This document shows, in pieces, positions 29,324-38,176 of a stretch of DNA of 64,000 nt (its first letter is position 1; every line of letters starts with the position of its first letter). A program made the position numbers and the translations under genes. The DNA lies in IMG/VR virus record IMGVR_UViG_641201006_000001, positions 96,001-160,000 of that record. One strand, given 5' to 3'. The notes beneath the pieces are model-generated. The model had not been told where the DNA came from. It ran no database searches and saw nothing but the letters and a program-made list of their open reading frames with translations. The DNA is from a virus. Taxonomy: Duplodnaviria > Caudoviricetes.

Positions 29324-29755
29324 GTGACAGCTAAAGCAAAGAAACCTAGATATGCAGGTGCATATAATCGGTTATTCCCGGTTAAAGTATCTACGAGTAC
29401 ATTCCTGACAATCTATATTTTACATTTGTTAACACGAAAGGAACGTTTATATGGTAAGGAAATCATCAACGAAATCGAGAACCGCTTCGCCGGTGAGTGG
29501 AAACCTTCGCACGGTTTGGTATATCCGATACTCCGAGAACTTGAAGCGGAGGGTCTAGTAAAAGGTCATTGGATAGGTGAAAGTTCTAAGAAGACGATTC
29601 GTACGTATAGCATCACGAAAAAGGGTAAAGCAGCGTACATAGAGGAGAAGGAGAAGCACAAGGATGCATTCTCGAAATCATTCTTTATGATGGAAACGTT
29701 GTTGGGGGATTTGTATACAGACTTTGAGATGATAGATATAGAGGATTTAAAATAG
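29324..29755 (+). CDS. PadR-family transcriptional regulator
   Basis: LYGKEII, PSHGLVYPILRELEAEGLV, YSITKKG. Confidence 0.9.
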   Translation: MTAKAKKPRYAGAYNRLFPVKVSTSTFLTIYILHLLTRKERLYGKEIINEIENRFAGEWKPSHGLVYPILRELEAEGLVKGHWIGESSKKTIRTYSITKKGKAAYIEEKEKHKDAFSKSFFMMETLLGDLYTDFEMIDIEDLK

Positions 29756-29773
29756 AGGAGCGAATGCTCCTCT
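29754..29773. terminator. Hairpin between convergent genes
   Basis: AGAGGAGC-GAAT-GCTCCTCT. Confidence 0.65.
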
Positions 29774-31530
29774 TATTTGTTGTAGTACGGTTGCAGACAC
29801 ATACGCCAGTGTTTATCGTTTAGGTTCTTGTTACCTGCTTCAATCATAAGTTGTATTACATCTGTGTTCGGAGCGCCACCAATAAAGGTAAAATCCTGTA
29901 TACCACGTTCTTGAATGTAATCACCTAATGACCACGGCAACTTCGCTGCTTCGAACTGCTTATGATAATTCAGCATCGGCTGATTGCGAAGACCAGCAAC
30001 AACCGAACCGCAATAACAATCTGACCAGTGTGCATCTGTTGAAACATAAATACCATTACTGTAATTTGTTTGTACTGCTTTATGGAACTCCACGGCTGAA
30101 CGGTTTCTGTCAGGTGCAGATAGTCGCTCCGGATTCGGTAAGTTCCATTCTACATTCTGACCGACATACCTTTCAATACCAACGATGATAGATGCTTTGA
30201 ATCTACCAGCCATAGCCTTTGTATAGTCGGTTAATGTACCTTGACGGGTTAATATGATTGGTGTACGTGTTTGAGCAGCGTACGAGGCAATGCCGTACGT
30301 CATAAGATGTTCCTCGCCATTTACAACGAGTACCTTCTTCTCACCTGTACCAAACCATGTGGATACATTCCCTGATAGTTCATACCGATCATTCCCGTTA
30401 ATGCGGTCTACCTGTAGTCCCATTGCACGAAGCTCTGCTTCTACGTTACCGCCGATTGACCACTTTGTTCCTACGACAATGGCACGATTTGCGCCAAGTC
30501 TACGTATCTCATTCTTGATTGGCGTTGGTACGCCGTCATATGGTACAGGGAATAGTGGCCCATTAACGGTAGCGGCAAGTGGTACGGCACATAACATTTC
30601 AGGAGAACCTTGCTCGCCTTCCGGTCTAACACGACGCTTCTCAAGTACATCGTACTCTAGAGAAAGCATAGTTGGTAAATCGACTACGCCGTCCTCACGC
30701 TGAATGTTAAATGGATTACTACCACGACGTTGCTTCGCTTGGTATAACCATACGGCTACCTTCGTCGCAATATCGAAACGACCATTTACCATTAGACCAG
30801 CTTCAAGGTTACGCTTTGTAATGTCACCAACCCAGCGACCTTGCATGTCGTCACCTTCACCGCACATCTCATTAAACATCTTCACGCCAAGCAGTGGCCC
30901 CGAACCATACTTACCATCGTACTGAATACTACCGTCAGGTGAACCCATCCATAGACCAAACAATCCGCCCGGATATTTATCTAAGCGTTTCTGTAAGTCG
31001 ATTTCCCATTGACTGCGGTAATCATAACGACCACCACCGATTGTTTGATGGATACGATAACCATATGCAGATTCAGGAGCATAACGTAAACAGATATACC
31101 ATTCTCCCGACCAACGTCCAATGGCACGATTCATCCACGGATTCGTGAATACAGCGTCCGGCATAATTCTATCCCAAACACCTGCGTCACCTTGATAGTA
31201 TTTGTTCCAGTTAAACTTGATTGGATCCCAACCCATTCCCACTTCACGAAGACGTTGTTGTAATTGTCGTATCGCTGTTGTTTGCGGTGCTTCAATACAA
31301 CGTGGGTCTAGGTTCTGAAATTCAGGGCCATCCCAATCCGTTTGTCCAATGTGTAAGTTAAGCGGCCAGTGAAATTCTTTATGCACATACACATCTGTTA
31401 CTTGCTCTTGTGGTTGGGGTAATTGAAGCGGTGCAAGTACGACTGTACCTGTTCCGCCACCCCAGTGATGCCGTGATACAGCAGCAGCCGTTTCATATAC
31501 ATCGGCTCCACTCACAACTTGAAATCCCAT
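29773..31530 (-). CDS. Cell wall-binding repeat 2 (CWB2) protein with an inserted PG-binding-like domain
   Basis: GADVYETAAAVS, PLAATVNGPL, RINGNDRYE, PIILT, RLSAPDRN repeats. Confidence 0.7.
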   Translation of the reverse strand: MGFQVVSGADVYETAAAVSRHHWGGGTGTVVLAPLQLPQPQEQVTDVYVHKEFHWPLNLHIGQTDWDGPEFQNLDPRCIEAPQTTAIRQLQQRLREVGMGWDPIKFNWNKYYQGDAGVWDRIMPDAVFTNPWMNRAIGRWSGEWYICLRYAPESAYGYRIHQTIGGGRYDYRSQWEIDLQKRLDKYPGGLFGLWMGSPDGSIQYDGKYGSGPLLGVKMFNEMCGEGDDMQGRWVGDITKRNLEAGLMVNGRFDIATKVAVWLYQAKQRRGSNPFNIQREDGVVDLPTMLSLEYDVLEKRRVRPEGEQGSPEMLCAVPLAATVNGPLFPVPYDGVPTPIKNEIRRLGANRAIVVGTKWSIGGNVEAELRAMGLQVDRINGNDRYELSGNVSTWFGTGEKKVLVVNGEEHLMTYGIASYAAQTRTPIILTRQGTLTDYTKAMAGRFKASIIVGIERYVGQNVEWNLPNPERLSAPDRNRSAVEFHKAVQTNYSNGIYVSTDAHWSDCYCGSVVAGLRNQPMLNYHKQFEAAKLPWSLGDYIQERGIQDFTFIGGAPNTDVIQLMIEAGNKNLNDKHWRMCLQPYYNK

Positions 31531-31587
31531 GTCATCACCTTGTTTCTTATGTAGTAAGGCGGGTTTGCCTCACTCTATTATAACAAG

Positions 31588-31613
31588 AAAAGAGGCATCC
31601 GAAGATACCCCTT
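31588..31613 (-). terminator. Rho-independent terminator
   Basis: On the - strand: GGGGTATC-TTCG-GATGCCTC-TTTT. Confidence 0.7.
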
Positions 31614-31616
31614 TGT

Positions 31617-32279
31617 TTAAGCGTAATACACTGATGGTGGTTCTTTCATCGGCTGTACATTCATCTTCTCTACTTCATCCACTGTAAAGAACTTTTTGTT
31701 AGCAACCGGAAACCACTGATTTGAAAATTTCCAGTTTGGTGATTGTGAACGAACATCATATCTGTTCGAGTTTAAATTAATAATGCGAACCTGTAACCCG
31801 TATAGTCTTGCGTTTAATAGCGCTATACGATACGCTAGTAAGTCCGGCTCTGCTCCGTAATAAATCAGTGCCTTCGGATCGTTGACCTTCTTCGCAACCG
31901 CTAAGATTAAGCGTCCAGTTCCGCAGTATGGATCCAGTAGCGTTTCTGTATTGTCGTAAAGAGTTACGGCATAATGTAGGTCAACATACTGTGTTACCTT
32001 ATCTCTAGAAATGAGAGTGTCAGATTTGCCAACACGTTGCTCATATACTTCGCCGAACCAATCCCACATATCTTCACGTAGTAGATCAAGGTCTAACTCT
32101 GCATCTAAGCGAGTCATCACATCTTGTCGTAACCACGGTGTATCAATCATCGTTTCGTAGCTAAGTTTATAGGCTACGTATTGAAGCATGGCATCGAACG
32201 CTTGCGTAGCGTCCTCTACCTTATCTTGCTCCATGATGATGTCCATGATTTTATTGAGCATCTTTAACTGCTTTGTCAT
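31617..32279 (-). CDS. N6-methyltransferase-like protein (partial fold)
   Basis: WFGEVYE and SAM motif LLDPYCGTGRL; no clear NPPY/F motif. Confidence 0.6.
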   Translation of the reverse strand: MTKQLKMLNKIMDIIMEQDKVEDATQAFDAMLQYVAYKLSYETMIDTPWLRQDVMTRLDAELDLDLLREDMWDWFGEVYEQRVGKSDTLISRDKVTQYVDLHYAVTLYDNTETLLDPYCGTGRLILAVAKKVNDPKALIYYGAEPDLLAYRIALLNARLYGLQVRIINLNSNRYDVRSQSPNWKFSNQWFPVANKKFFTVDEVEKMNVQPMKEPPSVYYA

Positions 32280-32619
32280 CTTTCTTCTCCTCCTTCTTCC
32301 ATGTCCAAATCTTGATGTCTAATAACTTGCGGAAGAAGATAAGAACGAATGCAACGCCTACTGCTGGAATTTGAATAATCATTAATAATACATCGTACGC
32401 AGTTACATAGTCACGGTTTTGTGCAAGCTGACTTTGAATTGCTTTCTTGTAACTCAGTGTCCACTTCGGCCCATTCCATCTATCTTCGTTGTATAGTCTT
32501 GCAGATTCCATAATGTTTAATAAACGGAACCAGCAGAAGATTAAATAAATTGCAATGATAACTGCTAACCACCAATACATGCCATACCAAGTTGCTGTGA
32601 ATAAGTCTACGATATTCAT
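32251..32619 (-). CDS. Membrane protein
   Basis: Two TM helices. Confidence 0.6.
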   Translation of the reverse strand: MNIVDLFTATWYGMYWWLAVIIAIYLIFCWFRLLNIMESARLYNEDRWNGPKWTLSYKKAIQSQLAQNRDYVTAYDVLLMIIQIPAVGVAFVLIFFRKLLDIKIWTWKKEEKKDDKAVKDAQ

Positions 32620-32768
32620 TATTTCTCCCTCACAATCTTATCTTCATATTTATGGATAATAGCACTCAATGAATTGACTAATGAGTTTGCTAAATCCACA
32701 TTGATCTCGTCTGTTTCCCAGTAACGGTCAATCTTTTCTTTCAGTTCTTGCATATCTACTTCACGCAT
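32619..32768 (-). CDS. 49-aa hypothetical protein
   Basis: GAGGAGG RBS before MREVDMQE. Confidence 0.5.
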   Translation of the reverse strand: MREVDMQELKEKIDRYWETDEINVDLANSLVNSLSAIIHKYEDKIVREK

Positions 32769-33189
32769 AGTGGTAGACCTCCTCATAATTGATTCTGTCA
32801 ATTCTGTCTTGAGCAAGCTGTTTAGCTGCTGACCAAGAACCGAAGTGACGATAATATGTAGAAGAGTGTGGCAGTCCTGATTCTCTATCACACTCTTTCT
32901 TACTAGGTAGATGCCCATATATATCAGAAAAACGAATCAGCAAGTCAATCATCTCATCGTTATCGAATGCATGTTGCTCGCCGTGTATCTTCTGATTGGC
33001 GCATAGTTCTAAGTTACTAATATCATTGTTATGTTTATTCTCATCTTTGTGATGTACTTGCTCCTCAGAAGTTAAGTACCTGCCAATGTGCTGTTCCATC
33101 ACCAGTCTATGTAGATAAACCCTTCCATCCGAATCAGCATGTGGATGGTCGGGTTGTTTGACTCTAATGTATTGACTCATGCTAATCAC
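32761..33189 (-). CDS. HNH homing endonuclease with a C-terminal helical repeat
   Basis: HRLVME...VHHKDENKHNNDISNL; GLPHSSTYYRHFGSW. Confidence 0.85.
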   Translation of the reverse strand: MISMSQYIRVKQPDHPHADSDGRVYLHRLVMEQHIGRYLTSEEQVHHKDENKHNNDISNLELCANQKIHGEQHAFDNDEMIDLLIRFSDIYGHLPSKKECDRESGLPHSSTYYRHFGSWSAAKQLAQDRIDRINYEEVYHYA

Positions 33190-33191
33190 TC

Positions 33192-33722
33192 CTATAACTT
33201 ATGAACAATCATATTGGTAGTTGACGGTACAATATCGAAGTAATGTTCTTGATCCATTATAACAATATTTGCCTCTATAATGGTATCCGGAAGCATTGGT
33301 GTTCCTTCTTGATATGACCGGACAGCTATGTACTGACGATACTGATGCTTACCCATTAAGACCGTTGCCGGCTTTAGATTTTGCTTCGCCATCTCTTCCA
33401 TCTTGTCTTGGATTAATTCCAGTATCTCTTGGCACTCTTCGGTGTATACAATCTCAAGCATATCTTGACCGGAAGCATGACGAGGGAACATAAACTTAGT
33501 TGGTCTTGGCGTCGTAGGTTTCACTTTCGCTGTACCTTTCGTGCTGATAAACCCTGCACCATAACGTTCTACCGTCTTATACTGGTCAAGCACATCGTCT
33601 GTTGTTTTAGCTGGTTCTTTGTTAACTTCAAACACCGGTTGCGGTATCGGTAATCCATTCTCGTCATATAGGTTTTGAGGTTTTAGCGTACCACTATGCT
33701 TCGAAAAATCATATATTACCAT
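33192..33722 (-). CDS. Hypothetical protein
   Basis: GGAGA RBS; operon packing. Confidence 0.55.
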   Translation of the reverse strand: MVIYDFSKHSGTLKPQNLYDENGLPIPQPVFEVNKEPAKTTDDVLDQYKTVERYGAGFISTKGTAKVKPTTPRPTKFMFPRHASGQDMLEIVYTEECQEILELIQDKMEEMAKQNLKPATVLMGKHQYRQYIAVRSYQEGTPMLPDTIIEANIVIMDQEHYFDIVPSTTNMIVHKL

Positions 33723-34476
33723 GCTGAATCTCTCCTTCATATTGCTCCCAATCCATATCGCCAATGAAGTATTCATTGTAATCATTCGGATACGGCTTCA
33801 CGTATACAATACGCTTAATGCCAGCTTGATTCAACTGACGAGTACAGTACAGACATGGTTCATGTGTTACATACGCTGTTGCGCCTTCTGATGATATACC
33901 AAGGCGTGCGCATTGTAGTAACGCATTCTCTTCTGCATGATTGGTACGAACGCAGTGACCGTCCTTCATTAAGTGACCGATGTCGTCGCAGTGCGGCATA
34001 CCCTTTGGACTACCGTTGTATCCAGTTGCAATGACACGGTTCTCTTTAACAAGAACACAACCGACTCTTGCACGGCTACAGGTTCCACGTTCTGCTACAT
34101 GAAGTGCTTGCTCGATGAAGTATTGATCCCACGGCTTACGAACTCGCTTTGGATTCGGTTTCTTTTCTTCCGGGAATAATTCATGATAACGTTCCTCGGT
34201 ATAATCTTCAAAGCAGTACATACGACCATAAAAGAATTTTAAGTGTCTCATCTCTTCTTCTGTGCAACGTATTAATATACTTATTGCTAAGGCATTAGGC
34301 GCAGGATTCGGTACATTTGTTGCGATATAAGGCTCGACATGTAGCTTTAAGATATTTACATCTAGACCTACTTGCGGATTAGACATCGTTTTCCATTTTC
34401 GAACTGCGTTCATTTCATCTTCCTGCGGAATAGTTAGCATATAATAATGAATGTTACTAACAAGGTATCTAGGCAT
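33709..34476 (-). CDS. dCMP deaminase with an N-terminal extension
   Basis: TCSRARVG, TGYNG, HAEENA, PCLYC. Confidence 0.9.
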   Translation of the reverse strand: MPRYLVSNIHYYMLTIPQEDEMNAVRKWKTMSNPQVGLDVNILKLHVEPYIATNVPNPAPNALAISILIRCTEEEMRHLKFFYGRMYCFEDYTEERYHELFPEEKKPNPKRVRKPWDQYFIEQALHVAERGTCSRARVGCVLVKENRVIATGYNGSPKGMPHCDDIGHLMKDGHCVRTNHAEENALLQCARLGISSEGATAYVTHEPCLYCTRQLNQAGIKRIVYVKPYPNDYNEYFIGDMDWEQYEGEIQHGNI

Positions 34477-34490
34477 CCTGCTTCACTCCT

Positions 34491-34805
34491 TTAGTGGTAT
34501 AGATGTGGTTCTCCACGACTGTAGTCTTTGTTCTCGTTGTATATTTCAAGACGAAATACATCTTTCATTTCGTTTACAAGGGTATCGTATTGCTCCTCGG
34601 TTGGTTCAAGAACAACCGTAAATTGAAAGTATTGCTTCGTTTGCATACGATACTCAGGATATACTTTGAATACTTTTACATCTCCCGAACTAAGTACAGG
34701 TAGGGATTCGATTTTCTCTATCTCTCGGATCCCTTCAAGACGCTCTGAATATGGCACATCTTTTCGAAGTGGAATTGTAACATACATAACTACTTTACTG
34801 GTCAT
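34491..34805 (-). CDS. Hypothetical protein
   Basis: Operon packing. Confidence 0.55.
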   Translation of the reverse strand: MTSKVVMYVTIPLRKDVPYSERLEGIREIEKIESLPVLSSGDVKVFKVYPEYRMQTKQYFQFTVVLEPTEEQYDTLVNEMKDVFRLEIYNENKDYSRGEPHLYH

Positions 34806-35058
34806 ATTGTTTTATCTCCACTGTGAACTTATCCGATGGTTTCGACAATGCTTCTAGCCATGCGTTATGCTGCTCATCTGTTAATTGAAGTTTCATTTTT
34901 ACAACATCATACGGCACATCATAAACCGTATCTATTACTTCCGCCTCGATGTCTTCAAACTGCAAACTCTTTTGATTTAGTGTTGCATCTATCCATGCTT
35001 GACGCTCTGCTGACGATAACATATATGGTACTGGGATATTAACTGTAACTGTATGCAT
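34795..35058 (-). CDS. Hypothetical protein
   Basis: AAGGAGG RBS. Confidence 0.6.
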   Translation of the reverse strand: MHTVTVNIPVPYMLSSAERQAWIDATLNQKSLQFEDIEAEVIDTVYDVPYDVVKMKLQLTDEQHNAWLEALSKPSDKFTVEIKQYDQ

Positions 35059-35102
35059 ATCTTTTCCTCCTTAGACACAAAGAAAGGTGAGCCACAAAGG
35101 AC

Positions 35103-35291
35103 TCACTTCTTCTTGTATCGTTCTAATTCTTCGGGGGATAATGTATACTTCTTCATCTCCCCGCTTAATTCCTTCCACTCGTCAGGTTTTTCATGAGGTA
35201 ATGTTACGCCCGGTGATTTATATTCATAGCAGACAAAACCAGTAGAGTGCATCGTTTGTCTACGAATACCTTTTGACTTTACTTCACTCAT
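35103..35291 (-). CDS. Small hypothetical protein
   Basis: Overlaps the upstream stop; YTLSPEELERY motif. Confidence 0.55.
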   Translation of the reverse strand: MSEVKSKGIRRQTMHSTGFVCYEYKSPGVTLPHEKPDEWKELSGEMKKYTLSPEELERYKKK

Positions 35292-36259
35292 TTCTGTTTA
35301 TCCCACATGCTAGGTGGTAACTTACCAACTGTACTCATCAATGCTTCATAAGCTGGTATGCTCTCCATATCGAAACGATCCGGATTGTCCGGATCTGATT
35401 CACCGTATCCTTCTTTGATAGCCATTGTTAGTAGGTCAGCGAAAGAAAGTTCTTTATCACGTAATGTGCGCATTGCTTTCTTCCATGATTGAATGTGTGG
35501 GCCATGATACTCATATAACGCTTCCCATTTCTCAGGGTCGATCTGCGTTACGATATTCCACATATCTTTTACAACATCGACAGTTGCGCCCTGCGCTCCT
35601 CGTTCGAATATACGTTGCGTGAAGACGTTTTTGATAAGAGCCTCTTCACTGAACTCCATTAAGAATGGTGGCATGATATAACCAACTGGAAGTAAAGAAC
35701 GAGCCGCTTGCATTTGTTGTTTTGCAATCTCTTCATCTTGTCCTTTCTTCACTCGTGCTACCATCTCAACCGCTTTCAATCCTGTCTCCATGAAGTCCCC
35801 TTTTGCTTCTGATGGTGACTCAAATCCCCACGGCATGTTGGCACGTTGACCACCGGCAATACGAGAAGTACGACCTACGCTATATGTTACTAAGTGGTCA
35901 TACACTGGTTTACCTACGCCAACGAATAAGAATAGAATACTTTCGCCACGGATTGGTTCATAGCTATGTCCAGCCTTCACCATGCCGTTTAAGAAGCGGT
36001 CTACGTTATCCATGTTGTTGTACTTACCTAAGTAAATAGCAGCCTTGAATGCAGAGCTAAGACGGTCAGCGTCCGTTGCACGTAAAGCAATTACACGACC
36101 GGATTGAATTGCACTGAATCCGTCTTTCGTATAGCAAAGGTTAATGAACTTTTCTAGGTCATCTAGTGCCTTGTTTGTATCGACAATATCATCGCTGACA
36201 AATTGTACTCTCCCTGTACTGCGTAATGCTTCTCTGTTTAATACGAAGTCTTTTGTCAT
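35288..36259 (-). CDS. Divergent ThyX (flavin-dependent thymidylate synthase)-like protein
   Basis: GH...EP...FLFVGV...HL, QR, ARSLLP and QR...AQ landmarks; RHRx7S motif absent. Confidence 0.6.
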   Translation of the reverse strand: MTKDFVLNREALRSTGRVQFVSDDIVDTNKALDDLEKFINLCYTKDGFSAIQSGRVIALRATDADRLSSAFKAAIYLGKYNNMDNVDRFLNGMVKAGHSYEPIRGESILFLFVGVGKPVYDHLVTYSVGRTSRIAGGQRANMPWGFESPSEAKGDFMETGLKAVEMVARVKKGQDEEIAKQQMQAARSLLPVGYIMPPFLMEFSEEALIKNVFTQRIFERGAQGATVDVVKDMWNIVTQIDPEKWEALYEYHGPHIQSWKKAMRTLRDKELSFADLLTMAIKEGYGESDPDNPDRFDMESIPAYEALMSTVGKLPPSMWDKQK

Positions 36260-36270
36260 CTACTTATCCC

Positions 36271-36969
36271 CTATTCTAGTATTCTAATTCGTGCCACAAT
36301 GCCTTCTTCTCTGACACCAGCGTCCTCTAAACATAATCGCTTACCAGCGAATGGTTTGAGTTCTTCATTGCCATACTGCAATAACTTGTCTACATCAAAT
36401 GTATCGTCTGCGGTTGGCATAAACTCATGCAAGTCTTCGTCAGTGAAACTATATCCTCCAACTTCACGAGGGAACAGAATAACATCGCTAACACGTAGTT
36501 CACAAGCACGGTCATATTGGTAACGGATTTCTAAATCAATATCAGAAGAACCCACTCCGCCGTACAATATAATGCCATTCTTTTCTGGTACGATTTCATA
36601 ATCTGTACCAGACCCATTCTTATAAACAACAATCGTGCTTTGCATAATGTCGTTAATGTCATGGTCGAAAACAAATAGTCTTCTTCCATAAGACGGGTCT
36701 TTCTCGAAGTCATACTTCTGTTCATGTCTACCTAGCTTCTTCTCGTGTACAAACGGCATACCCGGAAGTGGCTTAGATAAAAGGCTACTTGGATACATCC
36801 TTTGATTCTTATTTGAACCTAACGTCATAATCGGTACGCTTCCAAACGTAGTTTCTTTTGTTATCGGCGCTTGCAGTTCACCAACCTCTTTACCATTAAT
36901 AAGTGCTTTCACACTTTCGGTTGGAGTAGACCAGCCAATCTTTTCTTTTAACGTTCGTTTAGACATCAT
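36271..36969 (-). CDS. Hypothetical protein
   Basis: 232-aa ORF in the operon. Confidence 0.55.
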   Translation of the reverse strand: MMSKRTLKEKIGWSTPTESVKALINGKEVGELQAPITKETTFGSVPIMTLGSNKNQRMYPSSLLSKPLPGMPFVHEKKLGRHEQKYDFEKDPSYGRRLFVFDHDINDIMQSTIVVYKNGSGTDYEIVPEKNGIILYGGVGSSDIDLEIRYQYDRACELRVSDVILFPREVGGYSFTDEDLHEFMPTADDTFDVDKLLQYGNEELKPFAGKRLCLEDAGVREEGIVARIRILE

Positions 36970-37379
36970 GTATGACTCACTCGCATTCGTTGAGTTGGAT
37001 TCACAATCTTACGAAGGTCTGTAATCCCTCCATCATTGATGTGTTCCTGTTGCTCTTTGTATTCGGCAAAGGCTTGCTCATAAAATAAGCGTGCCGGATC
37101 ATCCTCTGTAAAGTCGAGAACTTTCCTACACGTTAATTCAGTCATACCCCTATTCATGCGCAAATCTTCAATAGTAAACATTGCCAAACATTTACCATTA
37201 TAAATCAATGGAAGCGGTGTGTCCATTGGATAAACACGGTAACCTTCTTTTTCTACTCGAAGCATTCTGTGGTTCGCAATATCCTCTTCGTAGTTCTGAT
37301 ATTCTCTCTTCTGCCATTCGGTCTTTGCGTCCTTTTCAGACGTCACTATATACCAATTAAATTCTGTCTGCATACCCAT
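36966..37379 (-). CDS. DUF2584-like protein
   Basis: MGMQTEFNWYIV...KEGYRVYPMDTP. Confidence 0.55.
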   Translation of the reverse strand: MGMQTEFNWYIVTSEKDAKTEWQKREYQNYEEDIANHRMLRVEKEGYRVYPMDTPLPLIYNGKCLAMFTIEDLRMNRGMTELTCRKVLDFTEDDPARLFYEQAFAEYKEQQEHINDGGITDLRKIVNPTQRMRVSHT

Positions 37380-37393
37380 TTATTCACCTCCTG

Positions 37394-37423
37394 AAAAACG
37401 GACTAGAGCATTCACCCTAGTCC
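37394..37423 (-). terminator. Terminator hairpin
   Basis: GGACTAG-N10-CTAGTCC followed by GTTTTT on the - strand. Confidence 0.6.
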
Positions 37424-37430
37424 ATTATTA

Positions 37431-37700
37431 TTAGTCTGCTAAATGATACTCAATGTCGTTGTAGCTATTACCGAAGTAGTAGTCAACAACATGAAGTGGA
37501 GCGTGCTTGTGATGTAATTCATCAGTATACGCTGCTTCGATGTAACCTTTCTTCGCTTCGAAGTTATCAATCGGGTTGATTAATACTTCACACTTTGGCG
37601 CTCCCGGGATTGTTACCTTTAGTGCCATGTACTTTGTATTTGCAATGCTATGATTCTTTAGTGCGTCTAATAGTGCTTCCATTGATAATTTAGGTATCAT
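37431..37700 (-). CDS. Hypothetical phage protein
   Basis: AAGGAG RBS; overlaps the flavodoxin stop. Confidence 0.6.
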   Translation of the reverse strand: MIPKLSMEALLDALKNHSIANTKYMALKVTIPGAPKCEVLINPIDNFEAKKGYIEAAYTDELHHKHAPLHVVDYYFGNSYNDIEYHLAD

Positions 37701-38176
37701 TTTTCTAGCTCCTTTAGTATATGAGATACAAACACCGGGAATTTATCCATGTCTAATTGCTGTGGTGCTTGCTCGACTTTTAATGTGACTGCAAAGTTTG
37801 TATATGCTTCTAACGTCACTGCACATTCATCTACAGCTCCGCAGAAGATTGGGTAACATGTTTCCCCTGTACCGAATGCGCCGGTAACAAGATCACGAAT
37901 GTCATCGTTTTGGAATTTCTCAAGTACCGGCTTAAATTTCGTCGGTAACTCTCCATCGCCCCATGTATATGTTCCGAGTATTACAGCGTCGTATTCATGC
38001 AAGATAGATTCATAGAACTCATTATGCCCGTAAACATCTACCTTACATCCGGCACGCTGGAAGGCTGCGGATAAACCGAGCGCAACCTCCTTTGTATTAC
38101 CGGTGTTGGAACAATATACGATGGCTACCTTATAGTGACGCAAAGTTGTTTTTCTTCGTTGCGCCAGAGTAATCAC
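37697..38176 (-). CDS. Flavodoxin (start uncertain)
   Basis: IVYCSNTGNT, LGTYTWGDGELP, FGTGETCYPIFCGAVD. Confidence 0.9.
   Translation of the reverse strand: MITLAQRRKTTLRHYKVAIVYCSNTGNTKEVALGLSAAFQRAGCKVDVYGHNEFYESILHEYDAVILGTYTWGDGELPTKFKPVLEKFQNDDIRDLVTGAFGTGETCYPIFCGAVDECAVTLEAYTNFAVTLKVEQAPQQLDMDKFPVFVSHILKELEK

Noticed and set aside
22521-29755. Independent integrated ICE or plasmid
   Set aside because: No integrase, att-like repeats or obvious compositional break, so it is treated as a resident phage module. Not formally excluded.
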